Source: Candidatus Heimdallarchaeota archaeon
GTDB lineage: Archaea > Asgardarchaeota > Heimdallarchaeia > Heimdallarchaeales > Heimdallarchaeaceae
DNA: 64,000 bases
Direction: 5' to 3'
Assembly (NCBI GenBank): GCA_030668825.1
Contig: DAOVET010000003.1
Location: forward strand, 11,047-75,046
The notes below the pieces were generated by a model, which searched no databases, was not told the origin of the DNA, and saw only the letters and a list, made by a program, of their open reading frames with translations. Of the stretch, positions 10,777 through 20,688 are shown piece after piece. The first letter of the stretch is position 1. The number at the start of each line of letters is the position of its first letter. Made by a program: the position numbers and the translations under genes.

Positions 10777-11142
10777 CTAGTTTTTGCTTATTTCTTGAGC
10801 TTCATTAAATGAAATAGCAACTTGATTCCAGTCCTTTAACATTGCTTCAAGAAATACTTCTCCCTTCTCGGATAATTGAAAATATCTTCTAGTTCTTCCA
10901 TCGAAAATTTCATTTCTAACTGAAACCAAACTTCTCTCCTTTAACCTAGTTAAGATGTTATATATTGTTCCATCTGCTAAAGGAGGATCGGTTTGAGGTA
11001 ATAATGAACGAATCAGCTGTAAAATGTCCCACCCATATCTCTCTTTCTGTAAAAGAACAAGGATGAGCAACTCAAGAACACCCCTTGAAAGTTGAGCTCT
11101 CCATTTTTTTAGTATTTCTTGAATTTGCTCATCGACAGACAT
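10777..11142 (-). CDS. PadR-family transcriptional regulator (probable start MSVDEQ at 11142)
   Basis: QLSRGVLELLIL, RYGWDI, GTIYNILTRL, RTRRYFQLSEKG; start sits 1 nt after the upstream gene's stop. Confidence 0.92.
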   Translation of the reverse strand: MSVDEQIQEILKKWRAQLSRGVLELLILVLLQKERYGWDILQLIRSLLPQTDPPLADGTIYNILTRLKERSLVSVRNEIFDGRTRRYFQLSEKGEVFLEAMLKDWNQVAISFNEAQEISKN

Positions 11143-11143
11143 T

Positions 11144-12871
11144 TTAGGTTTGCTCCTTTGGTTCGCTTTTATTTTTTGTAATATGTTTTTTAAGTGTCGG
11201 TTCTTCCCAACAGAAGAAGATAGAGAGATAACACACACAAATTATCATAATTTCCAACCAGGAAGGGAACCAAGGAACTGGAGATACCCATTTAACATCG
11301 TAGAATGGTAGAATTCCACCGAAAGTACTAATGTTAAATTCAGTGTGCACCTTTAGCAATCCGGAATTTTCTACTTCAAATGTGAAGTAGTTTATAGATA
11401 TTTCCCCATTTGATATTTTATACATTAATGTAGAGAAATTTCCAAAGGTGCCACTATAGATAGGACCATAGTCAAATTGAACTGACCAGTTTCCCTCCAG
11501 TACGAAATATTCCTCTTCGTAGTGTCTAGTTAGATTCATATTTGTGTAAATCGAGAAGTAAATGGTACCTTCTGCTGGAATTTTGTAAGTTGAATCAGAG
11601 ACTAAAATCTCACCATATGGCTCTGGAGGAATTCGGGAATAATGATGACCAGAGGCTACAAAAGTATATTGTGGTTGAGATCCTAGAGTTGCTAATCCAA
11701 CAATACTTAATAAGACAAGAGATTGAAGTAGCTTCTTCTTATTAGGAATTTTAAATATTGGAAAAAATCTTTCCTTTCGTTTTCTTATAATAACTATACA
11801 AATAATAGTCCATAGAATTGCCATCACAATCGAGATTATAATATGGCTTTTACCACCTCTTACTAGATTGCTGAATTTTAATTTAATCCCAAATATTATT
11901 TGATATCCTGATTCTGAGATGGTTCCTACTACTATATAATGCTTCAATCGCATACTCAAAATTATCACTTGAGTTGAAATGGCTAAGGTACCAATAATCC
12001 ATGTTTCACCAGTAATTCTACCAAGAAGCAACATGCTTATTCCAAGAAAAAGTACTAAAGTTCCAATCCCTGGATTTGGGATAGTAAAACTAGTAAGTAC
12101 GAAGAAGATGAAAACTGTCTTTAAATTATCGATTAAATATTTCTTTTTCACAGTTTTTTGTTTTGTTTCCCTATGTTTCTTCGTATAGAATAATGTTGTT
12201 GTAATCAGAAAAACGCCCAGTAATACCCAACGGATTAATCCCTCTACAATTAGAAATCCCATACCTTGTTTCCACATGTCAGCAATCACTTGTGTGAAAA
12301 TTGTATATGGTAGAATAAATTGTACAACCCAAATAAGAAAAATAAACCAATATAATACTAAAATACCTTTTTTTGCATTTTCTCTAATATCATATTTAGA
12401 AAATCGATTCTTAATCTGTTGGTAAATGATCCATAAAAACATATTTAATCCAAATAAAGTTCCAACAAAACCAGTACCCATATTAGCTACAGAAACACCC
12501 AAGAATATGGCAGAACCTCCTATAAGCATTAAAAAATATGGGAATAAGAATAAACTTGCTAAACCTAGAGAGATTATTGCAATGAAACTGATAACTATAA
12601 GTGAAGTATAGACTATTTGACCAAAGGATGCCTCTTTTGAATAATCTAACATATTGTTATCGCAAAACTGTTTGACTGAACCAAAACTTTGTTCTATTTC
12701 TTCTAGACTGCTCAATTCATTTTCAGGAATGTATTCAGTTAAACTAATTGCTACCTCATCTAGCACTGATTTAATTTGACTATTTGAAATTCCTCTTCTA
12801 ATAAGCTCAATAGATAGCTTACTTAGATATTTTTTCCTGATTTTTTCAGAGTTATTTATCCTTTTGGACAT
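11144..12871 (-). CDS. Polytopic membrane protein with N-terminal HAAS-like helical domain
   Basis: N-terminus YLSKLSIEL...VLDEV...IEQSFGSVKQF, then about 10 hydrophobic segments and a probable extracellular domain; coupled to PadR. Confidence 0.65.
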   Translation of the reverse strand: MSKRINNSEKIRKKYLSKLSIELIRRGISNSQIKSVLDEVAISLTEYIPENELSSLEEIEQSFGSVKQFCDNNMLDYSKEASFGQIVYTSLIVISFIAIISLGLASLFLFPYFLMLIGGSAIFLGVSVANMGTGFVGTLFGLNMFLWIIYQQIKNRFSKYDIRENAKKGILVLYWFIFLIWVVQFILPYTIFTQVIADMWKQGMGFLIVEGLIRWVLLGVFLITTTLFYTKKHRETKQKTVKKKYLIDNLKTVFIFFVLTSFTIPNPGIGTLVLFLGISMLLLGRITGETWIIGTLAISTQVIILSMRLKHYIVVGTISESGYQIIFGIKLKFSNLVRGGKSHIIISIVMAILWTIICIVIIRKRKERFFPIFKIPNKKKLLQSLVLLSIVGLATLGSQPQYTFVASGHHYSRIPPEPYGEILVSDSTYKIPAEGTIYFSIYTNMNLTRHYEEEYFVLEGNWSVQFDYGPIYSGTFGNFSTLMYKISNGEISINYFTFEVENSGLLKVHTEFNISTFGGILPFYDVKWVSPVPWFPSWLEIMIICVCYLSIFFCWEEPTLKKHITKNKSEPKEQT

Positions 12872-12995
12872 GATATTATCGATCCTTGCAGTGTGATACT
12901 CTAACTATACTATTTAGTAAAAGGTATATATAACTTTTTCGACTTAATTGTAATAATGATAACAATATCATAAATATCAAAAGAGCTCAAAACGA

Positions 12996-13856
12996 TTATT
13001 TCTGAACAAAGCAATCAAAACAATAGTGAATTAATCTTGGTGAAAATTTCTTTATTTGTCTCTTTTCTTTTATACTAAATTCACATTTTAGAGATTTGAT
13101 TTGTGATGTAACTGCTTTTACTGCATCTTCAATTTTTCCTCTTTGGATAATTGTATGGTAGTGGATCCATCCTTCTTTATTAATGGCATTCACAGCTCTA
13201 AAGAGCTGCTTGGTATCACTTTCAAAATAACCCATTAAAACTCTTGAAGCGATATCTTTGGGAGTTTTATCTCTATTGTCACCAAGGATTGGGAAATATT
13301 TATCCTTAATTTTGTTTTCCTCAATATTTCTCTCAAGGAAACTGTAAGCTTCTACATTCATCTCTATACCATAGCATTTGACTGTGGAATTATTCTTGAC
13401 AATCGGAAGAGATAGGTTTCCAGCACAAGCAAACATATCCACAATTATTTCATTATTCTTTACTGTGTTAATGAGATATCCCCTTTCTCCTTTATTCCCC
13501 GGAGAGAAAGTAATCTTCGCAACATCGATGTTGAAAATAGTGCTATACTCCTTGTGTTTAGTAGTAGTTCTCTTTTCCCCAGCAAGGTGGATGATTTGAG
13601 GTTTACGATAATTTGAATCAGTTGAAAACTGCTCTATAACCACATTAACTTGTGGATCTATATCAATAACGATATTTCCTATGTCTTGCTTGTAATAATT
13701 CAATTCTTGATCAATGTGTCTGAAAATTGCTATATCTCCAATAATGGAGTATCCTGAAGGCAGCTTATTCAGTAGTTCACCATCAAGTTTGTCTTCTAAC
13801 AAAGTTTGCAGTTGTTTCTTTAGTTTCATTAAATCTAAAATATCTTTCAACACCAA
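12996..13856 (-). CDS. Trm5/TYW2 (Met-10+) family SAM-dependent tRNA position-37 enzyme, Taw2-like
   Basis: LPSGYSIIGDIAI, FSPGNKGER, VDMFACAG, ILGDNRD, RVLMGY. Confidence 0.8.
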   Translation of the reverse strand: MVLKDILDLMKLKKQLQTLLEDKLDGELLNKLPSGYSIIGDIAIFRHIDQELNYYKQDIGNIVIDIDPQVNVVIEQFSTDSNYRKPQIIHLAGEKRTTTKHKEYSTIFNIDVAKITFSPGNKGERGYLINTVKNNEIIVDMFACAGNLSLPIVKNNSTVKCYGIEMNVEAYSFLERNIEENKIKDKYFPILGDNRDKTPKDIASRVLMGYFESDTKQLFRAVNAINKEGWIHYHTIIQRGKIEDAVKAVTSQIKSLKCEFSIKEKRQIKKFSPRLIHYCFDCFVQK

Positions 13857-13893
13857 TTTTTAATATTATCTCCCTTTCACTATTACTAGGAAA

Positions 13894-14436
13894 ATGGTTA
13901 TCGTTGCTAAACTCCATGATGAATACGCTTTGATAAATGATAAAGAAGGTAATTCTATCTATAGTCAAGGTTGGTTTGGAAAACATACTAAATCTGGTAA
14001 TGTTAAGCTCAGTCCATATGAGACTGTTCTATTATTAGAAAGGAAAAAAATTGATGTAATAAGCGAAAGCGAAGCTTCTTTACCTTTATCAGATGTAGTA
14101 GCATATTTTTCAAACAAAATTCCAGATTTTTTGGTTCGTTTTTTGCTATACAAGGACCTAAGAAACAGAGGTTATGTAGTAAAAGAACACACTGAAACTG
14201 GAAAATACTTTGAGTTATATGAGAGAGGAGCAACACCAAACAATGCTAAACATTTGGCATTAGTTGTTACAATGGTAGAAGGTGTACTGTTTGATATTGA
14301 CGATATTGATCAAATTGTTTCACAGGCAAAAGAAATCAGTAAGCAGTTAATTTTCGCCGTTATAGATAGTTTAGGAGATGTTTCTTACTATAGTGTAAGT
14401 GAATTAGAATTCACAAAAATAGATATAGAAGGTTAA
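13894..14436 (+). CDS. endA: tRNA splicing endonuclease subunit (probably the structural type)
   Basis: LSPYETVLL, YKDLRNRGYVVK, LYERG, AVIDSLGDVSYY. Confidence 0.85.
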   Translation: MVIVAKLHDEYALINDKEGNSIYSQGWFGKHTKSGNVKLSPYETVLLLERKKIDVISESEASLPLSDVVAYFSNKIPDFLVRFLLYKDLRNRGYVVKEHTETGKYFELYERGATPNNAKHLALVVTMVEGVLFDIDDIDQIVSQAKEISKQLIFAVIDSLGDVSYYSVSELEFTKIDIEG

Positions 14437-14445
14437 GGTTTTATT

Positions 14446-16257
14446 ATGCATTATGTCCCAGATACTTCAACAATAATCAATGGTCAGTTTCTAAAATATC
14501 TTGCTGAAAAAGAAGATATTGAATCAATCGTTCTTTCTCGCGTTGTAATAGCTGAAATTGAAAATATGGCAAATCAGGCTAAAACAGCAGGTATGACAGC
14601 TTTAGAAGAATTACAACGTATGAGAGATTTTTGTGCAAAACAAGGTATAAACATGATTATTGATGGTCAAAGACCAACATATAACCAAATTAGAGGGGCA
14701 TCAATAGGTGAGTTGGATGCTCAAATTAGAGAACTAGCAGCTGAATATGATGCCATTCTAATAACTTCTGACCGTGTAATGGCAGAGATAGGAAAAGCTG
14801 AAGGATTAGCAGTTGTTTTCATGAAAGAGGAAACAAAAAGTTTGGGAAAGAAAGTTGAAGATTATTTTGATGAACAAACTATGTCTATACATCTAAGAGA
14901 AAACAACTTACCTCTAGCAAAAAAAGGACTTCCTGGTAATTTTCAATTAATACCTCTTCAAGGAGAACCCATTTTAACTCGCGAGACATTAGATGAACTA
15001 GCAAAAGACGTAATTGAAAGAGCTTCTAGAGAAAAAGATAGTTTTATAGAATCTGACCGACATGGAACAACAGTAATCCAGCTGAAAAATACTAGAATTG
15101 TCATACTTCGACCCCCCTTCAGTGATGCGATGGAAATTACTGCTGTTAGACCAATTGTAAAACTAACCTTAGGGGACTATAAAATTGATTCAAAGCTCCT
15201 TGAAAGGATAGAAACGCAAGCTGAAGGAATAATTATTGCAGGTCCACCTGGTGCTGGAAAAAGTACCTTTGCTACAGCAATGGCTGAATTCTATGCTGAT
15301 AAAGATAAAATTGTTAAAACTTTTGAAAATCCAAGAGATCTCCAAGTGGACAACAGAATAACACAAATGTCCGGTTTTGAAGGAGATATTTCTGCGTCTG
15401 CAGATTTGGTTCTTCTAATGAGACCTGACTATGTAATTTATGATGAATTGCGAAGAACTAAGGATTTCGAAACTTATTCCGATTTACGTTTAGCAGGAGT
15501 AGGGTTGCTTGGAGTTGTTCATGCTACTCAAGCTATAGATGGTATTCAAAGATTTATCAAAAGAGTTGATTTAGGTATTATCCCATCAATTGTTGACACA
15601 ATTATCTTCATTTCTGAAGGGAAAATATCGAAGGTTTATACACTTGAGCTTACAGTAACAATGCCAACAGGACTAACTGAACGTGATTTAAGTCGCCCAG
15701 TTATTAAGGTTAAAGATTTTCACACAGATAAGGTTGAGTATGAAATTTATACATTTGGAGAACAAATTGTTGTTTCACCTCTCATGAAACTAAGTATGAA
15801 ACACTCTAAAACAGGTAAAACAATCACGGCTAATTCAGCTCAAATACAAAAGGTTCTCAAGAAATATTCTGTTTATGATTTTACCTATGACTTTGCTCCA
15901 CCAAATTCTCTTACCCTATTTGTTTCCAATAAAGATAAACCCCGTGTAATTGGAAAGGATGGGCGTAATATTGATGAAATAGAACAGAAATTGGGATTAT
16001 CAATAACTGTAAAATCATTTAACGAGCAAGAAGAAATGGAATTTGTCATTGATATGTATCCGTCTAAGGGGAAACTTAATCTTGTGTTTCCTAGTGTTTG
16101 TATAGGTAAAGATGTTATTCTAGCAGTAAATGGATCACCTTTGACTCAATTAACAGTTGGTAAAACTAGTGAAATAAGTGTCGCAAAAAATACAGAAATA
16201 GGTAAAATGCTCATGGAAGCTCATCACAAGGGAGATACCATTACAGCTTTATTGTAA
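14446..16257 (+). CDS. PINc/VapC-family ATPase (PINA; PIN + ATPase + KH)
   Basis: VPDTS PIN start, GPPGAGKST, RPDYVIYDE, GVVHAT, KH motif VIGKDGRNI. Confidence 0.92.
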   Translation: MHYVPDTSTIINGQFLKYLAEKEDIESIVLSRVVIAEIENMANQAKTAGMTALEELQRMRDFCAKQGINMIIDGQRPTYNQIRGASIGELDAQIRELAAEYDAILITSDRVMAEIGKAEGLAVVFMKEETKSLGKKVEDYFDEQTMSIHLRENNLPLAKKGLPGNFQLIPLQGEPILTRETLDELAKDVIERASREKDSFIESDRHGTTVIQLKNTRIVILRPPFSDAMEITAVRPIVKLTLGDYKIDSKLLERIETQAEGIIIAGPPGAGKSTFATAMAEFYADKDKIVKTFENPRDLQVDNRITQMSGFEGDISASADLVLLMRPDYVIYDELRRTKDFETYSDLRLAGVGLLGVVHATQAIDGIQRFIKRVDLGIIPSIVDTIIFISEGKISKVYTLELTVTMPTGLTERDLSRPVIKVKDFHTDKVEYEIYTFGEQIVVSPLMKLSMKHSKTGKTITANSAQIQKVLKKYSVYDFTYDFAPPNSLTLFVSNKDKPRVIGKDGRNIDEIEQKLGLSITVKSFNEQEEMEFVIDMYPSKGKLNLVFPSVCIGKDVILAVNGSPLTQLTVGKTSEISVAKNTEIGKMLMEAHHKGDTITALL

Positions 16258-16258
16258 G

Positions 16259-16975
16259 CTATGAACCCCTCTTTATCAATTTTGCACTATTTTTTTTACC
16301 AATAATGATTTTATCTGCATCAGAAGGAAATAGTCCATTTTCAACGATTCCAGCAATGTTATTCAAGTTCATCTCCATGTTAAACGGATCATATTCTCGT
16401 TTGAAGGTTATGTCTCCTATTATGTTACCATTGTCTGTTATAACTGGTCCTTTCTTTCCTGTACCATATCGAAGTTGAAGTTCTCCTCCTAGATTGAATA
16501 TGGGTTGAAGAACTGTTATGATTGCCTGTTTTATGATTTCTACAGGAACGGGATAGCTTAACAGATCTCTTGGATATTTTGAGCTATCTGCAATTACTAA
16601 GAATTCTTGAGAAGCTCTTGCTATTATTTTTTCTAATGTTAAAGCCCCCCCGCCTCCCTTAATCATAACATAATCTTTAGTAATGATATCTGCACCATCT
16701 ACATAGATGTTTATCTCAGGATATTCAAGTAACGTTGAAACAGGTAATCCTGCTTTAACCAATTCAAGATGAGTTTCTGCAGAAGATGGGATAGTGATTA
16801 TTTCCAATTCGTTTTTATCAACAAGCTCTCCTAATTGTTGAATGAAGTACTTCACTGTTGAACCAGTTCCTACTCCTACAACAAATCCATCATAAATGAA
16901 TTCTTTCGCTGCTTTTTGAGCCGCAAGAAATTTAGATTTTTCTTGATCTGAGAATTTCGAATCTTTTGAATTCAT
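16259..16975 (-). CDS. rpiA: Ribose-5-phosphate isomerase A
   Basis: GVGTGST, DGAD, KGGGGALTLEKI, TDNGN, GIVENGLF. Confidence 0.96.
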   Translation of the reverse strand: MNSKDSKFSDQEKSKFLAAQKAAKEFIYDGFVVGVGTGSTVKYFIQQLGELVDKNELEIITIPSSAETHLELVKAGLPVSTLLEYPEINIYVDGADIITKDYVMIKGGGGALTLEKIIARASQEFLVIADSSKYPRDLLSYPVPVEIIKQAIITVLQPIFNLGGELQLRYGTGKKGPVITDNGNIIGDITFKREYDPFNMEMNLNNIAGIVENGLFPSDADKIIIGKKNSAKLIKRGS

Positions 16976-17136
16976 TATAAGTCACTTTAAGCTAATTAGA
17001 ATTGAAACCAATTTAGTGAGAACAAATTAAAACTTTTTTACTATCATCAATTTTGTAAAATAAAAATAAGAAGAGTAGAAAATATTTCTATTTTCTTTCC
17101 TTTTCAGACAAGAATTTTACCATCATGAAGCAAATT

Positions 17137-18021
17137 TTATTGCTGCTCGCTCATGAATTTCTTTAATCTGTCTAATTCTTTTAACATCTCTTTTCGAAGA
17201 GCTGCTATCGATGTACTCTTAGCAAACAAATCTCCTTCTCCTTCTCCTCCCACTGGAGCAACTACTGGAGCTGCTGTTACACCTGGTGGTTTTGGAGTTG
17301 GAACAGTTGGTGCTGGAATTGAAGGTGTTGTAACTGGTGCACCAGTTGGTATTGGTGTTGGCATTGGTGGGCTTGGAATTGCTGTAGGCGGTGGTATCTT
17401 ACCCACACCTGGAGGTGGTGGGGGAGCTGCTTTGCCAGTTACTGGAGGTGCAGCAGGTGTTGCAACAGCTTTGCCTTTTCTCTTCCTTTTTGGAGGTTTA
17501 ACGGCTACTGGGGGAGCTGGAGGTGCAGTTACTGGGGTTGTTGAAGGAACATCTATCTTCTCTTCACCCTTTATTTTACTCAGATAATCTCCCTGCATCT
17601 TCTTTAGTTCCTCTTCAAGTTGAGAAACTTCAGCTTCTCTTGCTGTCTTTTCAATCTCATCTTCAATTTTCTTAACATCAGATGCGTATCTTACTGATAG
17701 TCTACCGAATACCGATTCACTAATTTCCTTCTTTCTATGTGTATTAGACAAAGCTTGTTGTGCTGCCTCGAACTTTGTTTTTTCAATTTTAAGAATAGCA
17801 ATACGTTCTGAAGAAGGAATATCTGAAGGTGTGGGTAGATCTGAATCCATATCTAAACCAAGGAGAGAAGGGGCTTCTTTCTTTCGGTATACTCTAGTTG
17901 TAATGAATACTACAAGAGCACTTAGAAATGTGAAAATAACTAAAAGGTAAATTAGCATCTTCACTCCTGTGTCAGTTAAACTTGCTGGTGGTAAATTCTC
18001 AAACCAATCTATAAGCGACAT
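17137..18021 (-). CDS. Hypothetical membrane-anchored protein: TM, coiled coil, Pro-rich region, C-terminal amphipathic helix
   Basis: Hydrophobic residues ~22-42, coiled coil, PPPPP/PxxP-rich region, terminal STSIAALRKEMLKELDRLKK. Confidence 0.75.
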   Translation of the reverse strand: MSLIDWFENLPPASLTDTGVKMLIYLLVIFTFLSALVVFITTRVYRKKEAPSLLGLDMDSDLPTPSDIPSSERIAILKIEKTKFEAAQQALSNTHRKKEISESVFGRLSVRYASDVKKIEDEIEKTAREAEVSQLEEELKKMQGDYLSKIKGEEKIDVPSTTPVTAPPAPPVAVKPPKRKRKGKAVATPAAPPVTGKAAPPPPPGVGKIPPPTAIPSPPMPTPIPTGAPVTTPSIPAPTVPTPKPPGVTAAPVVAPVGGEGEGDLFAKSTSIAALRKEMLKELDRLKKFMSEQQ

Positions 18022-18196
18022 ATACTTGCCTCTGAATTAATGTTGTTATAATCCTTTTATTTGTTTCTCTGTCTATTAAGTTATTAGATTATAGTTAATA
18101 AACTCTATCAAAGTGTCCAATTAAAAAAGAAGATAATATCTCGAAAATATTGTCCTTTTATGTGAACAACAATACATTTTTCCATAAACAACTGTT

Positions 18197-18847
18197 TCAC
18201 TGCTTTTTAGCTTCCAGTATTGCTTTGACTCGTTTTAATCTCGAAAATGTTTCTCTTTCTTGTTCTTCAAGAGTACTCGCAATAAATTTTGCTGTTGCAT
18301 GTAATTTTGGAATTAAAATATAGTTCAGAGCATTAACTCTTCTCTTAGTTTTATTAATCTCAATAGCTAGTTTTTCAAGTAAAGTCATCTTCTCGGCTAT
18401 AATCATCAGTGTTTTCAATGACTTGCGAAAATAAACTATTGACCTATCTAGTTGTGCACTCGAACTAGTTAGACCATAAAACACATCTTCTCCTTCCCTC
18501 TGAATCTCATTAACAATAAACCTAGGAGATCTAACACCCATGATACTAACAGTTTGGGGGGTGATTTCTAAAACAGCGGGTGCATATTGAGCAAGATCTC
18601 TAATTTTGTCTGGACCTACAATCATCTCAGCTTTAGCAAGAGATTGATACGCAATTCTTAGTTCCTCTTCTACTTGTTTTCTTGCTTCTCTCACTTCATC
18701 TTTGATGGCATATAATTCAATAACTAGTGCGTCCATCTTCTCCTTGAGAAGATCATGCCCCTTTTGAGCAAGCTTAATTCGAGATCTTGTATTAAGAAGC
18801 TCCATTCTTGTTGCACTAATTGTACCAAATTCTGGTGTTGCCATCAA
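18197..18847 (-). CDS. atpD: A/V-type ATP synthase subunit D
   Basis: TRMELL, KGHDLLKEKMDAL, EINKTKRRVNALNYILIP, LEEQERETFSRLK. Confidence 0.97.
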   Translation of the reverse strand: MMATPEFGTISATRMELLNTRSRIKLAQKGHDLLKEKMDALVIELYAIKDEVREARKQVEEELRIAYQSLAKAEMIVGPDKIRDLAQYAPAVLEITPQTVSIMGVRSPRFIVNEIQREGEDVFYGLTSSSAQLDRSIVYFRKSLKTLMIIAEKMTLLEKLAIEINKTKRRVNALNYILIPKLHATAKFIASTLEEQERETFSRLKRVKAILEAKKQ

Positions 18848-19005
18848 CGGAAAGAATACCAGTTAAGTTAAATAGTTTTTGTTCTGTAGACGGCCTCTAG
18901 ATTTGCCTGTAAGTGCAGTTATTAGCATAATCATAACTATGTTAAGAATGGAAAGATATTTTACTCGATACTATTTCCATTATTAAAAGACAGATGTGAC
19001 ACTGA

Positions 19006-19608
19006 ATGACATTAGACATCTACGATAGAATAAAGGATACCGATGAGCTAGTTTTTCCAGGAACCTGTTTAGCAGTTACAGAGGAATTTATAGGTGGGCA
19101 AGGTACATATTCAGAAGGCAACCATATCTATGCTGCAGTAGCAGGAAAAGTTAACATAAATATTGAAAAACATGAAATATCAGTTATGCCTAAAGTAAAA
19201 ACTGCCATTGTCCCTAAAAACGGTGACATAGTAATTGGTGGAGTTGTAAATGCTTCTCGTCAAATGATAACTGTATCTGTAAATTATGTCAATAACAAGG
19301 AAGTTTATCCAACTTATACAATGGTTATCCATGTTTCTCAAATCTCAAGAGAATATTTGGATACAGTAGATGAAGCAGTGCGTTTGGCTGATATTGTTAG
19401 GGCCAAAGTAATTGATGATAAGACCATTCCCTTGCAAGGATCTTTAATAGGTTCACAACTTGGAGTTATATTAACCGGTTGTTCAAGATGTGGGGGGAAA
19501 TTGGAGAAAATAGGGAGAGACAAATTGAAATGTTCTGAATGCGCTTATTTTGAAAAAAGAACAACCACTATTGATTATGGAAGTGGAAAATTAGCATTCA
19601 AAACATAA
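19006..19608 (+). CDS. csl4: Exosome RNA-binding protein Csl4
   Basis: VFPG..LAVTEEF..G.GTY, S1 domain IHVSQ, DIVRAKV, Zn ribbon CSRCG...CSEC. Confidence 0.93.
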   Translation: MTLDIYDRIKDTDELVFPGTCLAVTEEFIGGQGTYSEGNHIYAAVAGKVNINIEKHEISVMPKVKTAIVPKNGDIVIGGVVNASRQMITVSVNYVNNKEVYPTYTMVIHVSQISREYLDTVDEAVRLADIVRAKVIDDKTIPLQGSLIGSQLGVILTGCSRCGGKLEKIGRDKLKCSECAYFEKRTTTIDYGSGKLAFKT

Positions 19609-19627
19609 ACTAACTTTCATTACTGGG

Positions 19628-20329
19628 TTGGTGATTAGTTTGGCAAAAACAACCAAGAAAGAGATATATGTTAATATTGTAAGAAAAGATTTGTTAGAAT
19701 ATTTCCTGGAATTGCTCTCGGATTCCTTACGTTATGTGGAGTTTGTTTTTACACATAGAAAAGGAAAATCCAAAATTTCTTTGTTTGGAGAAAGGGTGAC
19801 TGTAAATCAGTCTGCTATTAAAGTTAAAATTCTTGCGAAAATGTTTAATCAATCTGCAGTTCTCAATACTGATGGTTATTATGTTCATAATCTGAAACTT
19901 ATACAACAAATTGGATCAAAAATCATCTCTTTACAAAGTATAAGTACCGTCTTATCTCATTTGGAAATCCCTTCATCAGTAAAAGATCAAAATTTGATTA
20001 CAAAAGCAACTATGCAAGAAGTACAGAAGATTTTGTCGTCAATGCATGAATTAATTCAAGAAACTCCTTTAAATGTTAGAACACAGATAATGAAAAGAAT
20101 TTTGGCTACAGTTAGTTACTGTACAGAACTTTTCCCCTCTTATGTTCTTGATAAAGGATTAGAAATGGAATATTTCAAGAAGCAGAAAAACACTATCTCA
20201 ATAAACTATAATCCTGAAAAATGTATTACAGAACTAATAAAAAAATTGTCTGGAGATTCTGCACAAACTGAGTATCTGGAATCTAGAGACAAAGATGCAG
20301 AGATAGAGAAGATTTTATTTAGAGAATAA
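19628..20329 (+). CDS. Conserved archaeal hypothetical protein (DUF2067-like)
   Basis: Lies between csl4 and rpoL, the usual DUF2067 context; sequence match only weak by eye. Confidence 0.5.
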   Translation: MVISLAKTTKKEIYVNIVRKDLLEYFLELLSDSLRYVEFVFTHRKGKSKISLFGERVTVNQSAIKVKILAKMFNQSAVLNTDGYYVHNLKLIQQIGSKIISLQSISTVLSHLEIPSSVKDQNLITKATMQEVQKILSSMHELIQETPLNVRTQIMKRILATVSYCTELFPSYVLDKGLEMEYFKKQKNTISINYNPEKCITELIKKLSGDSAQTEYLESRDKDAEIEKILFRE

Positions 20330-20391
20330 AAACAGTCTAGACTGGCAAAATATTTAAATCAAGTATTAAAATAAACTTCAGAGGCAATGAA

Positions 20392-20676
20392 ATGCTGATT
20401 AACATTCTAAAAAAAGAACAGGGTTACATAAAATTTAATGTCAAAGCTACAGACCCCCACACTTTATTCAATATCTTACGTGAAGAACTACTAAAAGATA
20501 CAGAAGTGGATTTTGCTGGTTACTGGCGCGATGAATCTTTCTATGAATCACTCATTTTTCAAGTAAAAATGAAGAAGAAAGCTGCGGATCCTGTTGTTTC
20601 TATAAATTCTGCATTAGGCAGATTGGAAAAACAATCGAAGGAATTTGTCGATTTATGCAAAGCAAAAATTGAGTAA
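20392..20676 (+). CDS. rpoL: RNA polymerase subunit Rpo11 (L)
   Basis: HTLFNILREELL..VDFAGY; size and synteny with csl4. Confidence 0.88.
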   Translation: MLINILKKEQGYIKFNVKATDPHTLFNILREELLKDTEVDFAGYWRDESFYESLIFQVKMKKKAADPVVSINSALGRLEKQSKEFVDLCKAKIE

Positions 20677-20688
20677 GGAGGTAGTCTT

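Noticed and set aside
17153-17587. 144-aa Gly-rich plus-strand ORF
   Set aside because: Antisense shadow of the Pro-rich gene (Pro codons read as Gly on the other strand).
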